Notes under the pieces: generated by a model
Told to the model about the DNA's origin: nothing
Database searches by the model: none
Seen by the model: the letters and a program-made list of their open reading frames with translations, nothing else
Shown here: piece by piece, positions 1-8,759 of the stretch
How positions within the stretch are numbered: the first letter of the stretch is position 1
How the letters are laid out: each line of letters starts with the position of its first letter
Program-made: the position numbers and the translations under genes
Assembly: GCA_944322545.1 (NCBI GenBank)
Contig: CALUPF010000036.1
Coordinates: 3,427 to 67,426 of the forward strand
Source of the DNA: Candidatus Gastranaerophilales bacterium
Lineage (GTDB): Bacteria; Cyanobacteriota; Vampirovibrionia; Gastranaerophilales; Gastranaerophilaceae
Reading direction: 5' to 3'
Length of the DNA stretch: 64,000 bases

Positions 1-40
1 TCAAAATTTGAATTTTTCAAAGCCTCAGCAAAATCATTCA

Positions 41-1408
41 TTAACCTTTTCTCCTCATAAGATATAAAATTCTTTTTGATGATTGAATATTTCGTTTCTC
101 TAATATTTCATAATATTTGCTATAAACAGCTTCAAAACATTGTTCATTATATTCAGGAAAAATATCTTTTCTTGTACTCAAAAGAATTTGAACCTTAGAA
201 TCCTCTTTAGGAACAAATTCAATTATGAGATATTGAGCCAATTCACTAAAAAACTCTGCTGTATTATCAAAAGGCAAATTATTTGAAATAGAAAGGTGAT
301 GAATCAAAGCAAGCGCCATAACTGAATCTGACTTAAATCTGGAACTGAACGAAGCTCTTTCATCATTAGCAAAGCCAATAGCAGGACTAGGATTAGTCAA
401 ATCTTGCAATAGTGGCAAAATATCAAATTCCTTAAGTTTTTTCATTTGAAGATAATTCTCTTCTACTGCAACCTCATCTATGTCAAAAGCTAATGTTTGA
501 ATGCATTTATCAGAAGCAATTCTAGAAAAATCGCCCCTGTTTGCACCTAAATCACAAACTGTTTTTGGATTGATTTTTTCTATGTAATCAGAAATTATAG
601 ATTTTTTTTCTAAAAAAGACTGTTCTGTATAGTTAGTATTGCTGTAATATTCTCCCCACTCAGTTTTTATTTTAGGAAATTTTAGTCCTGATACCACATC
701 TTTCAAATTTTCAATCAGCGCAATTAATGCATTTTTACTCATTTTCACTGGTTTTTCTAATGCTTTAACATTATTTTCATATTGCTTTTGACAATCAGAA
801 TGTAAAAATATATGAGTTAAAATACCAAAATTAAATTTTGCTCTTTTAGGTAAAAGTTTTTTAGCTAAATCTAGTGGAATTCCATCTATATTATTAATTA
901 ACAAACGATTTAACCTTACATCTGTATAAGACATCAAAGCCAATGGAGCTAAAAAATGTTTGCAAAATTGTCTGTAAGCTTGCCAAGGTGAACCATCTTC
1001 ATATCTTTCAAAAGATAATGTATCAATAAATATAGGGCTACCATTAAAAAATTGCACATTATAAGCAGATGCATCTTTCAACGACATTGAATATTTTAAA
1101 GCTTCAAGTTGTATATTTAATGTCAAAACAGCCGCATCTTTTAATGCAGAAAAACACCATTCATAAGGATATGTAATATACTCGATTTGAAAAGGTTTAA
1201 TGCATTTATAAAAATTCTTTTCATTTCCTATTACATCATTAACTTCTTCATGTTCTACTATAAAACCTTTTTCAATAAGATTTTTGTACAAACCTGAAGA
1301 CATAAAAAATTCATAATCGTCACTACTAAATTTATTAATTTGCCTATATATTTCGCCATTACGCTTAAAAACAAAACCTGACGGATCTTTATAAGAAGTG
1401 TTATTCAT
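41..1408 (-). CDS. class I SAM-dependent methyltransferase with large uncharacterised N-terminal domain
   Basis: 455-aa ORF. The C-terminal half carries the Rossmann SAM motif VCDLGANRGDFS. The N-terminal half has DPSGFVF, YPYEW, LKDASAYNVQF and IDTLSFE, as in a widespread envelope/polysaccharide-locus methyltransferase family. Its start overlaps the stop of the upstream small ORF. Confidence 0.7.
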   Translation of the reverse strand: MNNTSYKDPSGFVFKRNGEIYRQINKFSSDDYEFFMSSGLYKNLIEKGFIVEHEEVNDVIGNEKNFYKCIKPFQIEYITYPYEWCFSALKDAAVLTLNIQLEALKYSMSLKDASAYNVQFFNGSPIFIDTLSFERYEDGSPWQAYRQFCKHFLAPLALMSYTDVRLNRLLINNIDGIPLDLAKKLLPKRAKFNFGILTHIFLHSDCQKQYENNVKALEKPVKMSKNALIALIENLKDVVSGLKFPKIKTEWGEYYSNTNYTEQSFLEKKSIISDYIEKINPKTVCDLGANRGDFSRIASDKCIQTLAFDIDEVAVEENYLQMKKLKEFDILPLLQDLTNPSPAIGFANDERASFSSRFKSDSVMALALIHHLSISNNLPFDNTAEFFSELAQYLIIEFVPKEDSKVQILLSTRKDIFPEYNEQCFEAVYSKYYEILEKRNIQSSKRILYLMRRKG

Positions 1409-1628
1409 TTACAGATTCACTCTTTGTCGTCTTATTTTTCGGCTTAAACAGATTTATAACAGAAATAAAAATCTTTTTGAAAAAATATAAAATGCTCAAT
1501 ATTCCACCAATAACAGTTTGGAAAATATAACTACCAGAACCTGGGTTTATATATGCTTTTGCTTCATCATTTGTGAAAAATACTGTCACGATAAAAACTA
1601 TTACTAAAATATTCAAAAATTTTCTCAT
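1401..1628 (-). CDS. small membrane protein (TM - AYINPGSGSYIFQ - TM)
   Basis: Start taken at the internal ATG (MRKFLNIL...) preceded by a purine-rich stretch. Two hydrophobic segments. 8-nt overlap with the downstream methyltransferase start. Confidence 0.5.
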   Translation of the reverse strand: MRKFLNILVIVFIVTVFFTNDEAKAYINPGSGSYIFQTVIGGILSILYFFKKIFISVINLFKPKNKTTKSESVNE

Positions 1629-1745
1629 AAAAACCTCTTCTAAACTTACTCCAAGCCTAGCATACAAAGGCTTTTTTCACAAATTATACACAATTCTTAA
1701 AAATCATAATTTGTTTAAATAAAAATTTTTTGTCATAATAAAACA

Positions 1746-2489
1746 ATGGAAAATAGCAAAAATCTAAAAATCAATATTGCTCATTTATACCCAAAACTTT
1801 TGAATATTTATGGAGATTGGGGAAACGTTTTAACAATCAAAAAACGCTGTGAATGGCGTAACATCGAAGTTGAAATAGATTCAATTGAAATAGGCGATGC
1901 AATAGATATAAAAAAATATGATTTTTATTTTTTAGGTGGTGGACAAGATCAACAACAAATTGAAGTTTCAAAAGAGCTACAAAAACACAAAAGTCCACTT
2001 CAAGAAGCAAGAGATGAAAATGCTGTATTTTTAGCAATATGTGGCGGCTATCAACTGCTAGGTCATTATTATCAACCACACAATGCTGAAAAACTTTTAG
2101 GCATAAGCCTTATAAACGCTCATACAGTAGCTGGAGAAAAAAGATTCATAGGAAATGTTACAGCAAATTGCAATTTTGTAACTCCACAATCTATTGTCGG
2201 ATTTGAAAACCATAGTGGACTAACATATCTTGGAGAAGATGTTGAGCCATTAGCTATCGTTTCAACAGGAAATGGTAACAATGGACAGGATAAAACTGAA
2301 GGTGCAAAGTACAAAAATGTTTTTGGAACATATTTACATGGTTCGTTTTTGCCTAAAAATCCACAATTTGCTGATTATTTAATTTCTAAAGCACTCAAAA
2401 AACGCTATAAAGAAGAGATAGAATTACAAACCTTAGATGACTACTTTGAAATTTCTGCTCATAATTCTTTAGTAAATAAAAAATACTAA
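1746..2489 (+). CDS. gatD: lipid II isoglutaminyl synthase glutaminase subunit GatD (CobQ-type glutamine amidotransferase)
   Basis: Collinear with remembered S. aureus GatD: LYPKLLNIYGDWGN, FLGGGQDQQQ, catalytic Cys in AICGGYQLLG, GFENHSG, GTYLHGSFLPKNP. Confidence 0.8.
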   Translation: MENSKNLKINIAHLYPKLLNIYGDWGNVLTIKKRCEWRNIEVEIDSIEIGDAIDIKKYDFYFLGGGQDQQQIEVSKELQKHKSPLQEARDENAVFLAICGGYQLLGHYYQPHNAEKLLGISLINAHTVAGEKRFIGNVTANCNFVTPQSIVGFENHSGLTYLGEDVEPLAIVSTGNGNNGQDKTEGAKYKNVFGTYLHGSFLPKNPQFADYLISKALKKRYKEEIELQTLDDYFEISAHNSLVNKKY

Positions 2490-2578
2490 TTCACATTAGT
2501 TGTTAAGGTTTGTATCAATTTTATATAAGTTTTATAACTTTTGAAGTATTTTCTCATACAAAAGTATAAAATGAGAAT

Positions 2579-2815
2579 ATGCGTATCATCAAAAATCTTA
2601 AAGACATGTCTTTAAACGAGGATGAAAGATTTTTTGCCGACCTTATAAAAGAAGAATTTGGTTGGAATACCTGTGTTGAAAAAATTAAAAACAAAGATTT
2701 CCTACAAAGACATGCAAAACCACTAAATGATTTCACAATCTACACAACTGCTCAACCTACGGCCGAAGGGATGAGAATGATAGCCTGGGAAAAAAGAAGT
2801 AATTCATCATATTAA
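2579..2815 (+). CDS. hypothetical protein (78 aa)
   Basis: ORF followed directly by a hairpin terminator. Weak RBS and no recognisable motif. Confidence 0.3.
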   Translation: MRIIKNLKDMSLNEDERFFADLIKEEFGWNTCVEKIKNKDFLQRHAKPLNDFTIYTTAQPTAEGMRMIAWEKRSNSSY

Positions 2816-2848
2816 AAAAACCGCCTCTTTAACAAGAAGCGGTTTTTA
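2815..2848. terminator. rho-independent terminator, probably bidirectional
   Basis: A-run, stem CCGCCTCTT/AAGAAGCGG (1 mismatch), then TTTTT. Lies between convergent genes. Confidence 0.6.
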
Positions 2849-2862
2849 TTTTATAAAGTTTA

Positions 2863-3423
2863 CTAATCTAATGGAATAATTAAAGACTGCCCAATTGCTA
2901 ACTGATTTGGATTAGACATTCCATTAGCCTGCATAATCTTAGAAATTTTAGAAGTATCATATCTTCCATAAAATCTAATTATAATACCTTCTAATGTGTC
3001 ACCTGATTTAACTGTATATGTTTCAGGAGAAACTGTCTTTGTTTCTTCAACTGCTTGATCAGCAGGAATAATAGACAATTTAGCTTTTGCAGGTTTAACC
3101 CTTTTAACCAATTTAGGAGAATCAGGGTTATTTCTTTCATTCAATGCATTAGAACTGAAACTTAGCAATGCTGTCATTAAAAACATTGCTAAAGCACCAG
3201 CAATAAAACCTGTCACTAAATAAACCCCAGGAGATTTTTCTTCTTTTTGGTTTACTTTAAAATTTTGCCATAGAACATCAAGTTCTTTTTCTTTGGCTGG
3301 TCTAATGTAAACATCCGGAGCTGAGCCATCATGTGGTTTGTGACCAGATTTAGCTCTTAATTCTTCTAACAGAACCATTTTTTCTTTTGATAAATTAGAT
3401 CTGTATAATGTTGAACTTTTCAT
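2863..3423 (-). CDS. membrane-anchored LysM peptidoglycan-binding protein
   Basis: Central TM (VYLVTGFIAGALAMFLMTALL). C-terminal LysM motif YTVKSGDTLEGIIIRFYG...NQLAIGQSLIIP. Confidence 0.75.
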   Translation of the reverse strand: MKSSTLYRSNLSKEKMVLLEELRAKSGHKPHDGSAPDVYIRPAKEKELDVLWQNFKVNQKEEKSPGVYLVTGFIAGALAMFLMTALLSFSSNALNERNNPDSPKLVKRVKPAKAKLSIIPADQAVEETKTVSPETYTVKSGDTLEGIIIRFYGRYDTSKISKIMQANGMSNPNQLAIGQSLIIPLD

Positions 3424-3596
3424 GGGACCTCACTAATTCCTTCTAATATATATTAATTGGCTGATAAATTGAAAGTCAAGAAATCTTATCATATATATTA
3501 CATTCCTCAATACTTTGTATATTTCAATATACCATTGCCTGATTTACGGATGTCTTATTGGAGTAAAACTTGAAAATAATTTTTTTTGCTAGTTTA

Positions 3597-3634
3597 CAAA
3601 AAAACTGCCCTCTTTTATAAGGGCAGTTTTATTT
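3597..3634. terminator. bidirectional rho-independent terminator
   Basis: AAAACTGCCC-loop-GGGCAGTTTT. Lies immediately downstream of the minus-strand gene ending at 3648. Confidence 0.65.
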
Positions 3635-3647
3635 ATATCTCTAATTC

Positions 3648-3938
3648 TTATGCAGCAGCTTGACCTTTAATTTCAGAAATCAAATATTTAGCAACCCATT
3701 CAAAGTCTTTGTTGTTTTGAGCAACTTTTTTAAGACAATCAACTGAAGGTTCACCGATTCTGATTAATGACATAGCAACAACACCTCTTACAGCACCTTT
3801 AACTGTCTGCAATTGTTCAACTAAAACAGGAACGGCAGCTGATCCGATATTAACAAGCATGTTTTCAATTTCATTTTTGCTTTTGTTATCTGCTGTTTCT
3901 AATTGTGTCAAAAAATATTTAATAGAATCTGCGTGCAT
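3648..3938 (-). CDS. small HEAT-repeat-like protein (96 aa)
   Basis: GSAAVPVLVEQL...VRGVVAMSLIRIGEPSVDCL resembles PBS-lyase HEAT-like repeats. Has its own terminator. Confidence 0.5.
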   Translation of the reverse strand: MHADSIKYFLTQLETADNKSKNEIENMLVNIGSAAVPVLVEQLQTVKGAVRGVVAMSLIRIGEPSVDCLKKVAQNNKDFEWVAKYLISEIKGQAAA

Positions 3939-4014
3939 TTTTCTTCTCCATGTATTTTCTTATCGTTGTACACATTATAAAGCAAATTTTTACAGATTCT
4001 GGATTTCTTTATCT

Positions 4015-4038
4015 AATCTTTATATCCGTATAAAGATT
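4015..4038. repeat. perfect inverted repeat, 10-bp arms, 4-nt spacer
   Basis: AATCTTTATA-TCCG-TATAAAGATT read directly from the sequence. Sits between ORF 4042-4290 and the promoter region of the 3648-3938 gene. Confidence 0.6.
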
Positions 4039-4041
4039 GTC

Positions 4042-4290
4042 TTAATTACACCCGCCACCGGACTCTGAAAGCATTGTCCCTTTTGGGAAAAGAGGATTTG
4101 ATGTTGTCTTAGGAGTCTTTTGAAAAATGTCTTTTTCTAATGGTTTAGGCATTTTTAAATGTTCCTTTTTAGGAGACTTTTTAACAATTTTCGTCGAAGT
4201 CTTTAGAATTTTTTTTGCGTAATCAATTGGATTAAAACTTTTATTCGGAGCAGAATAACCATTCACTTTTTGCATAGCAAAGCCTTTCAC
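4042..4290 (-). CDS. hypothetical basic protein (82 aa; possibly starts at MQKVNGY)
   Basis: ORF only. Lysine-rich, no known motif. Confidence 0.3.
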   Translation of the reverse strand: MKGFAMQKVNGYSAPNKSFNPIDYAKKILKTSTKIVKKSPKKEHLKMPKPLEKDIFQKTPKTTSNPLFPKGTMLSESGGGCN

Positions 4291-4365
4291 ACTTACAATT
4301 GAATAAACGCATTAGCTGTGTATAATTTGACTATTTGTGACAAAAAATTTACAATTAATTTTGAA

Positions 4366-6210
4366 ATGAAAAGTCTTTTTAAAAACTCGCCCAAAATCGC
4401 AATAATATTATCTATTCTGCTTCTTATCGCTGTTTTTGCATTTTTTGTAAAAAAAACGAATTTTTTAGGTTCTCAAATAACAGCGTTTTCAAAATTTGTT
4501 GCAGAAACTGAAGCAAAAACTTTTGATATTAGACAAAATACACTGTCAAAAAACAGACAACCAGTAAAAGACATAGTTATTATCGGAATAGACAATGTAA
4601 GTCATGAATACCTAACTTCATATTTTGGGTCATGGCCACTACCAAGAAAAGTTTATGCAGATTTTATAAAATACATTGAAGCACAAAACCCGGCTGCAAT
4701 AGGTATCGATGTTCTTTTTGTTGGTTCGTGGCATAAAAACAAAGAAAATGATTTATTATTAGCTGAAACCTTCAAAAAATATGACAATGTTTTTGGTGCA
4801 ATATATTTTGATGATTATTCACTAGCTGATAGAAAACCTTTAAAACTACCAAATTCTGCAGAAATTAAAATTAATTCAAAATCAAAAATTCATCCATATA
4901 ATTATAAAAATTTAAGAGAGCTATATCCTGAATTTTTAGAATCAGCACAAAATCTTGGACACCTAAACCTTGAGCGTTCAAAAGACGGCGTGATAAGGAC
5001 CTTGCCACTTTTCATAGAACATCAATCAAAATATTACCCAAACTTTGCATTAAAAATATTAGATAAATACAACAAAAACAATTCAAAAACATTCGAAATA
5101 GATAAAAACTACAACTTAATCGTATCGAATAAAAAAATACCTATTTTAAACACAACTGAGGCTGTTTTAAATTGGTATGAAATCAACCCGCTTGTAAGAG
5201 ATTCATCTTTTGAATTTGTTTCCTTTAAAGACGTCTTTGAAAAAATGAATTCAAAACAAAAAAATCCAGACAAAAATCCTTTCAAAGACAAAATCGTCTT
5301 ACTAGGATTCACTGCTGACAGCCTTTCAGACCTAAAAACAATCCCAACAACAAAACTAATCCCAGGTGTTGAAATTTATGCAACATTTATAAGCAATGCA
5401 ATAGATAATTCAATCATCAAAAAAACAACAAAACCAACAGACTACACTATCACAATACTACTTGTGACTTTAACATTAGTTCTACTTTTCAAAATTAAAA
5501 ACTCTTGGGTTAACCTTTTTACGACATTGGCAGTTTCAACCATTTACATCTGGTTGGCATTTTTCGTAATGAAATATTTTAACCTATGGATACCAATTGC
5601 AGTCCCAGTAATTGCGATTGTTTTGTCATATATTGCAACCCTTGCAATAAAATACTTCTTCAAATCAGAAGACTATGATTACATATATAAACTAGCAACA
5701 AATGACAGCCTAACAGGGCTATACAACCACAGATTTTTCCAAGATCAAATGAAAATCAATCTTGAATACTGCAAACGATACAACAGCACTTTTTCATTGA
5801 TATTAATTGATATAGACAAATTTAAATTATTTAACGATAAATACGGGCACTTAATTGGAGATGAAGTTTTAAGACAAGTCTCACAACTTCTAAAATCTTC
5901 AATAAGAAAAGCAGACATAATTTGCCGCTATGGAGGAGAAGAAATCACAATCATTCTTCCACATACTTCTAATGACAATGCATATATATTAGCTAACAAA
6001 TTATGTAAAATTATTGGTGAACATAAATTTGTCGTATCCAAAAATCTCACTGTTAACGTAACAATAAGTCTTGGTGTATCTAGTTACCCAGACTCAGCAA
6101 CTGACGTTGCCAAACTAATTGAAATAGCTGATAAAATAATGTATAACGCAAAAGAAACAGGAAGAAATAAAGTTGGAAATCCTGATTGCATCAAAGATTC
6201 TGAAACCTAA
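4366..6210 (+). CDS. CHASE2 sensor domain diguanylate cyclase (GGDEF)
   Basis: N-terminal TM. CHASE2-like WPLPRKVYADFIKYIE...GIDVLF. Three TM segments. GGDEF domain with LTGLYNHRFF, active site GGEEI and I-site RKAD 5 residues upstream. ATG at 4366 preferred over the track start at 4318. Confidence 0.85.
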   Translation: MKSLFKNSPKIAIILSILLLIAVFAFFVKKTNFLGSQITAFSKFVAETEAKTFDIRQNTLSKNRQPVKDIVIIGIDNVSHEYLTSYFGSWPLPRKVYADFIKYIEAQNPAAIGIDVLFVGSWHKNKENDLLLAETFKKYDNVFGAIYFDDYSLADRKPLKLPNSAEIKINSKSKIHPYNYKNLRELYPEFLESAQNLGHLNLERSKDGVIRTLPLFIEHQSKYYPNFALKILDKYNKNNSKTFEIDKNYNLIVSNKKIPILNTTEAVLNWYEINPLVRDSSFEFVSFKDVFEKMNSKQKNPDKNPFKDKIVLLGFTADSLSDLKTIPTTKLIPGVEIYATFISNAIDNSIIKKTTKPTDYTITILLVTLTLVLLFKIKNSWVNLFTTLAVSTIYIWLAFFVMKYFNLWIPIAVPVIAIVLSYIATLAIKYFFKSEDYDYIYKLATNDSLTGLYNHRFFQDQMKINLEYCKRYNSTFSLILIDIDKFKLFNDKYGHLIGDEVLRQVSQLLKSSIRKADIICRYGGEEITIILPHTSNDNAYILANKLCKIIGEHKFVVSKNLTVNVTISLGVSSYPDSATDVAKLIEIADKIMYNAKETGRNKVGNPDCIKDSET

Positions 6211-7129
6211 TACCCTGATAAGAATTTCTTTTTTCTAACTCATCATCAATTCTATTTAAAATTTCAAATTTTTTATTAAGCCATTTGGGCGCAATTTTTA
6301 AAGCCTGCAGTCCATTGCCACCTAGTCTGTGAATAGTTGTATCAGAAGGTAAAAGCTCAAGACAATCACATGCTATTTGGATATACTCATCTTCTTCAAG
6401 TAAAGTTATTTCGCCATTTTCGTACATGTCATAAAGCTTTGTATTAGGAAAAATACATAAGCAATGAAACTTAACTCCATCTACTCCTAGATCAGCAAGA
6501 GTTTTAATTGTCTCTAACATATCCTTTTTGGTTTCATTTGGAAGCCCCAAAATTACATGCACACCAACATTTATTCCACGCTCTTTTGTCAGTTTAAAAG
6601 CTTTTACAAACGTTTCAAAATCGTGCCCGCGATTGATAAACTTCAAAGTTTTATCGTGCATAGACTGAAGTCCATACTCAACCCAAGTTTCGTAATTAGG
6701 AACATAAGATGCAATCAAATCGAGTTTTTGCTCATCAACACAATCCGGTCTTGTAGCTATTGAAATCCCTACTATATCAGGATGACATAAAGCGCTATCA
6801 TATATTTCTTTCAGCTCATCAACCGGTTTGTATGTGTTTGAATATGCCTGAAAATATGACATAAATTTTTGTGCTTTAAAACGACTTGAAAGATTTGAAA
6901 CACCGACTTTTACTTGGTCAGGCACAGAAAGCGCTTTCGAATGAGCCTGAGAAAAACTTCCGCCATTATCACAGAAAATACACCCTCCCGAGGAAATAGT
7001 TCCATCACGATTAGGACAACTAAAGCCTGCATCAAGGGTGATTTTATAAACCTTTTTACCAAATTTATTTTTCAGATATTCACTAAACTGGTAATATCTT
7101 TTTTTTGTCTCTGGTCTTGGATAAAGCAT
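6191..7129 (-). CDS. TIGR01212-family radical SAM protein (YtqA/YhcC-like)
   Basis: N-terminus YYQFSEYLKNKFGKKVYKITLDAGFSCPNRDG...GGCIFC is typical of the TIGR01212 family. 20-nt convergent overlap with the GGDEF gene. Confidence 0.8.
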   Translation of the reverse strand: MLYPRPETKKRYYQFSEYLKNKFGKKVYKITLDAGFSCPNRDGTISSGGCIFCDNGGSFSQAHSKALSVPDQVKVGVSNLSSRFKAQKFMSYFQAYSNTYKPVDELKEIYDSALCHPDIVGISIATRPDCVDEQKLDLIASYVPNYETWVEYGLQSMHDKTLKFINRGHDFETFVKAFKLTKERGINVGVHVILGLPNETKKDMLETIKTLADLGVDGVKFHCLCIFPNTKLYDMYENGEITLLEEDEYIQIACDCLELLPSDTTIHRLGGNGLQALKIAPKWLNKKFEILNRIDDELEKRNSYQGIRFQNL

Positions 7130-7137
7130 CTTTTTAA

Positions 7138-7311
7138 TTACTGTTCAGAAGATTCATCATCAGGTAGAACAGGATATAAATAATGTTCACCACATTTAGG
7201 ACAAACAACTTCTTGTTGTTTTCCATCTTCCAAAATTGCTACTTCAAAAAGCTCACGACAGCTTGATTGTACACATCTTATTGCCCATGAAGGTCTAACT
7301 ATTCTTGCCAT
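7138..7311 (-). CDS. 57-aa zinc-ribbon mini-protein
   Basis: Not in the ORF track (below 60 aa). My translation: MARIVRPSWAIRCVQSSCRELFEVAILEDGKQQEVVCPKCGEHYLYPVLPDDESSEQ. Cys pattern Cx4C...CxxC. Stop is 8 nt before the radical SAM start. Confidence 0.45.
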   Translation of the reverse strand: MARIVRPSWAIRCVQSSCRELFEVAILEDGKQQEVVCPKCGEHYLYPVLPDDESSEQ

Positions 7312-7371
7312 AATTCAATCTCCGTTTTTCTATTAGTTTAAAAAGATTCTATCACAATTTAAAAACTTAGT

Positions 7372-8118
7372 CTATTTCGCCTTTAAAACTACATATATAG
7401 GGTTATATGTAAGCATGACCTTGTCAGAAACACTAAAAGATTTGCGATAAAAATCTTCAAATTCTTTCAATTTTTTGACCGTCCAATTCATAGCTTTTAT
7501 ACCGTTTGTACCTGAATATTTAATATGTTTTAAAACATCTAAAGGTGTACTAAAACAAAGTGTTTGAACATTCTCTTCAAAGCAAATAACGTCAAACAGT
7601 CTACTACATTTATCTTTAAGAGTTTCACCTTTTAAATAATTCAAAGAAACACCTGTCGTTTCTTTAATTTCTTTATAATTCTGCTCACCAAAAGTTGTAA
7701 AAGCAAAGTAACCGCCTTCATTTAAGTTTTTATGAATTTTTAAAAGTAATTCATCAACATCAAAAATCCATTGCATAACTGCATTTGATAACACCAAATC
7801 AAACTTTTCTTCAATTTTAATTTTTTCAATATCGCCAGCTAAAAACTTTGCATCATGGATTATATTTCTTATACAAAACTCTGACTCTTCTATAATGTCA
7901 TTAGCGAAATATTCATCAAACTTTATTTCACTCAAAATATTTTTGGATAAAAAACCCGTACCAACCCCAAACTCAAAAATTTTATGAAACTCTTTACCAC
8001 AATTTGAAAGAATTTTATCTATCAAATTTATTGCCATTTCTTTTTGAATGACAGCAGAATTATCGTATGTATCAATACTTTTTTTAAATCTGAATTTTAC
8101 TAAACTTTTATCTATCAT
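7372..8118 (-). CDS. bioC: malonyl-ACP O-methyltransferase BioC
   Basis: N-terminus KxxVKFRFKKSIDTYDNSAVIQKEMA is typical of BioC. SAM motif EFGVGTGFLS. 4-nt overlap with the DUF452 gene. Confidence 0.75.
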   Translation of the reverse strand: MIDKSLVKFRFKKSIDTYDNSAVIQKEMAINLIDKILSNCGKEFHKIFEFGVGTGFLSKNILSEIKFDEYFANDIIEESEFCIRNIIHDAKFLAGDIEKIKIEEKFDLVLSNAVMQWIFDVDELLLKIHKNLNEGGYFAFTTFGEQNYKEIKETTGVSLNYLKGETLKDKCSRLFDVICFEENVQTLCFSTPLDVLKHIKYSGTNGIKAMNWTVKKLKEFEDFYRKSFSVSDKVMLTYNPIYVVLKAK

Positions 8119-8759
8119 AATATCTCATCAAAAGACTCAAAATTATAAAAAGGGAAATGACCTGTCTCAATTTTTATTATATTTTGATGATTTTGTTTAT
8201 TCCAAAAGTTCAATTGATTTTTTGTAGGAACAACTTTGTCTAAAATCCCGACATAAACTTCATCAAAATCTCTTTTTAAAACAGGATATTTGGCAAAATA
8301 GCTTTTCATTCCAAGCAATTCATCTGTACAACTTTGTGCAGATCTATTAGGAAGATGATTTTCAAAAATATCAAAATGTTCTTTAGCCTTTTCTCCAGCA
8401 AAAAGTCTTTGTCTAAACTTAACAACAGTTTCTGAATTCATTTTTTCAGAAAGTTCAAACTTCTTTGCTGGCACGCCATAATCATCATCAACCGCAACTA
8501 ATGTACCATTAATTGCTACACTCTTATCCACTTTAGGAAGTTTTGCAATTCCTGATGCATAAACCCCATAAGAAAAAGCTAAAAGTTTTATACTTTTATA
8601 TTTCGAAAAATCATATTCGAAATCAGGAGTCGTATAATCATAAACAAATAATATATCTGAACTGCTTTTAAGGAGAGAGAATGGATTCTCATCCATTCCC
8701 CATCCACAAAAGAATATAATCAAATTTTCGCTGTTATTGTTTCTTAAATAACTTCTCAT
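8115..8759 (-). CDS. bioG: pimeloyl-ACP methyl ester esterase BioG (DUF452)
   Basis: LIIFFCGWGMDENPF and nucleophile-elbow-like AFSYGV. The DUF452-bioC adjacency is the classical BioG context. Confidence 0.7.
   Translation of the reverse strand: MRSYLRNNNSENLIIFFCGWGMDENPFSLLKSSSDILFVYDYTTPDFEYDFSKYKSIKLLAFSYGVYASGIAKLPKVDKSVAINGTLVAVDDDYGVPAKKFELSEKMNSETVVKFRQRLFAGEKAKEHFDIFENHLPNRSAQSCTDELLGMKSYFAKYPVLKRDFDEVYVGILDKVVPTKNQLNFWNKQNHQNIIKIETGHFPFYNFESFDEIL

Noticed and set aside
1-41. Start of a further minus-strand gene (ATG at 41-39, reading MNDFAEALKNSNF...) overlapping the methyltransferase stop as TAATG
   Set aside because: Only 13 codons lie inside the window, too few to support a feature call. 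It is mentioned only as context for operon coupling.
1837-2314. Antisense ORFs 1837-2079 and 2120-2314 inside gatD
   Set aside because: They lie entirely within a well-supported gene on the other strand. They are low-complexity translations typical of AT-rich antisense frames.
3859-4068. Plus-strand ORF of 69 aa spanning the 3648-3938 gene start and the inverted repeat
   Set aside because: It overlaps a better-supported minus-strand gene and its promoter region. It has no RBS and a hydrophobic junk-like sequence.
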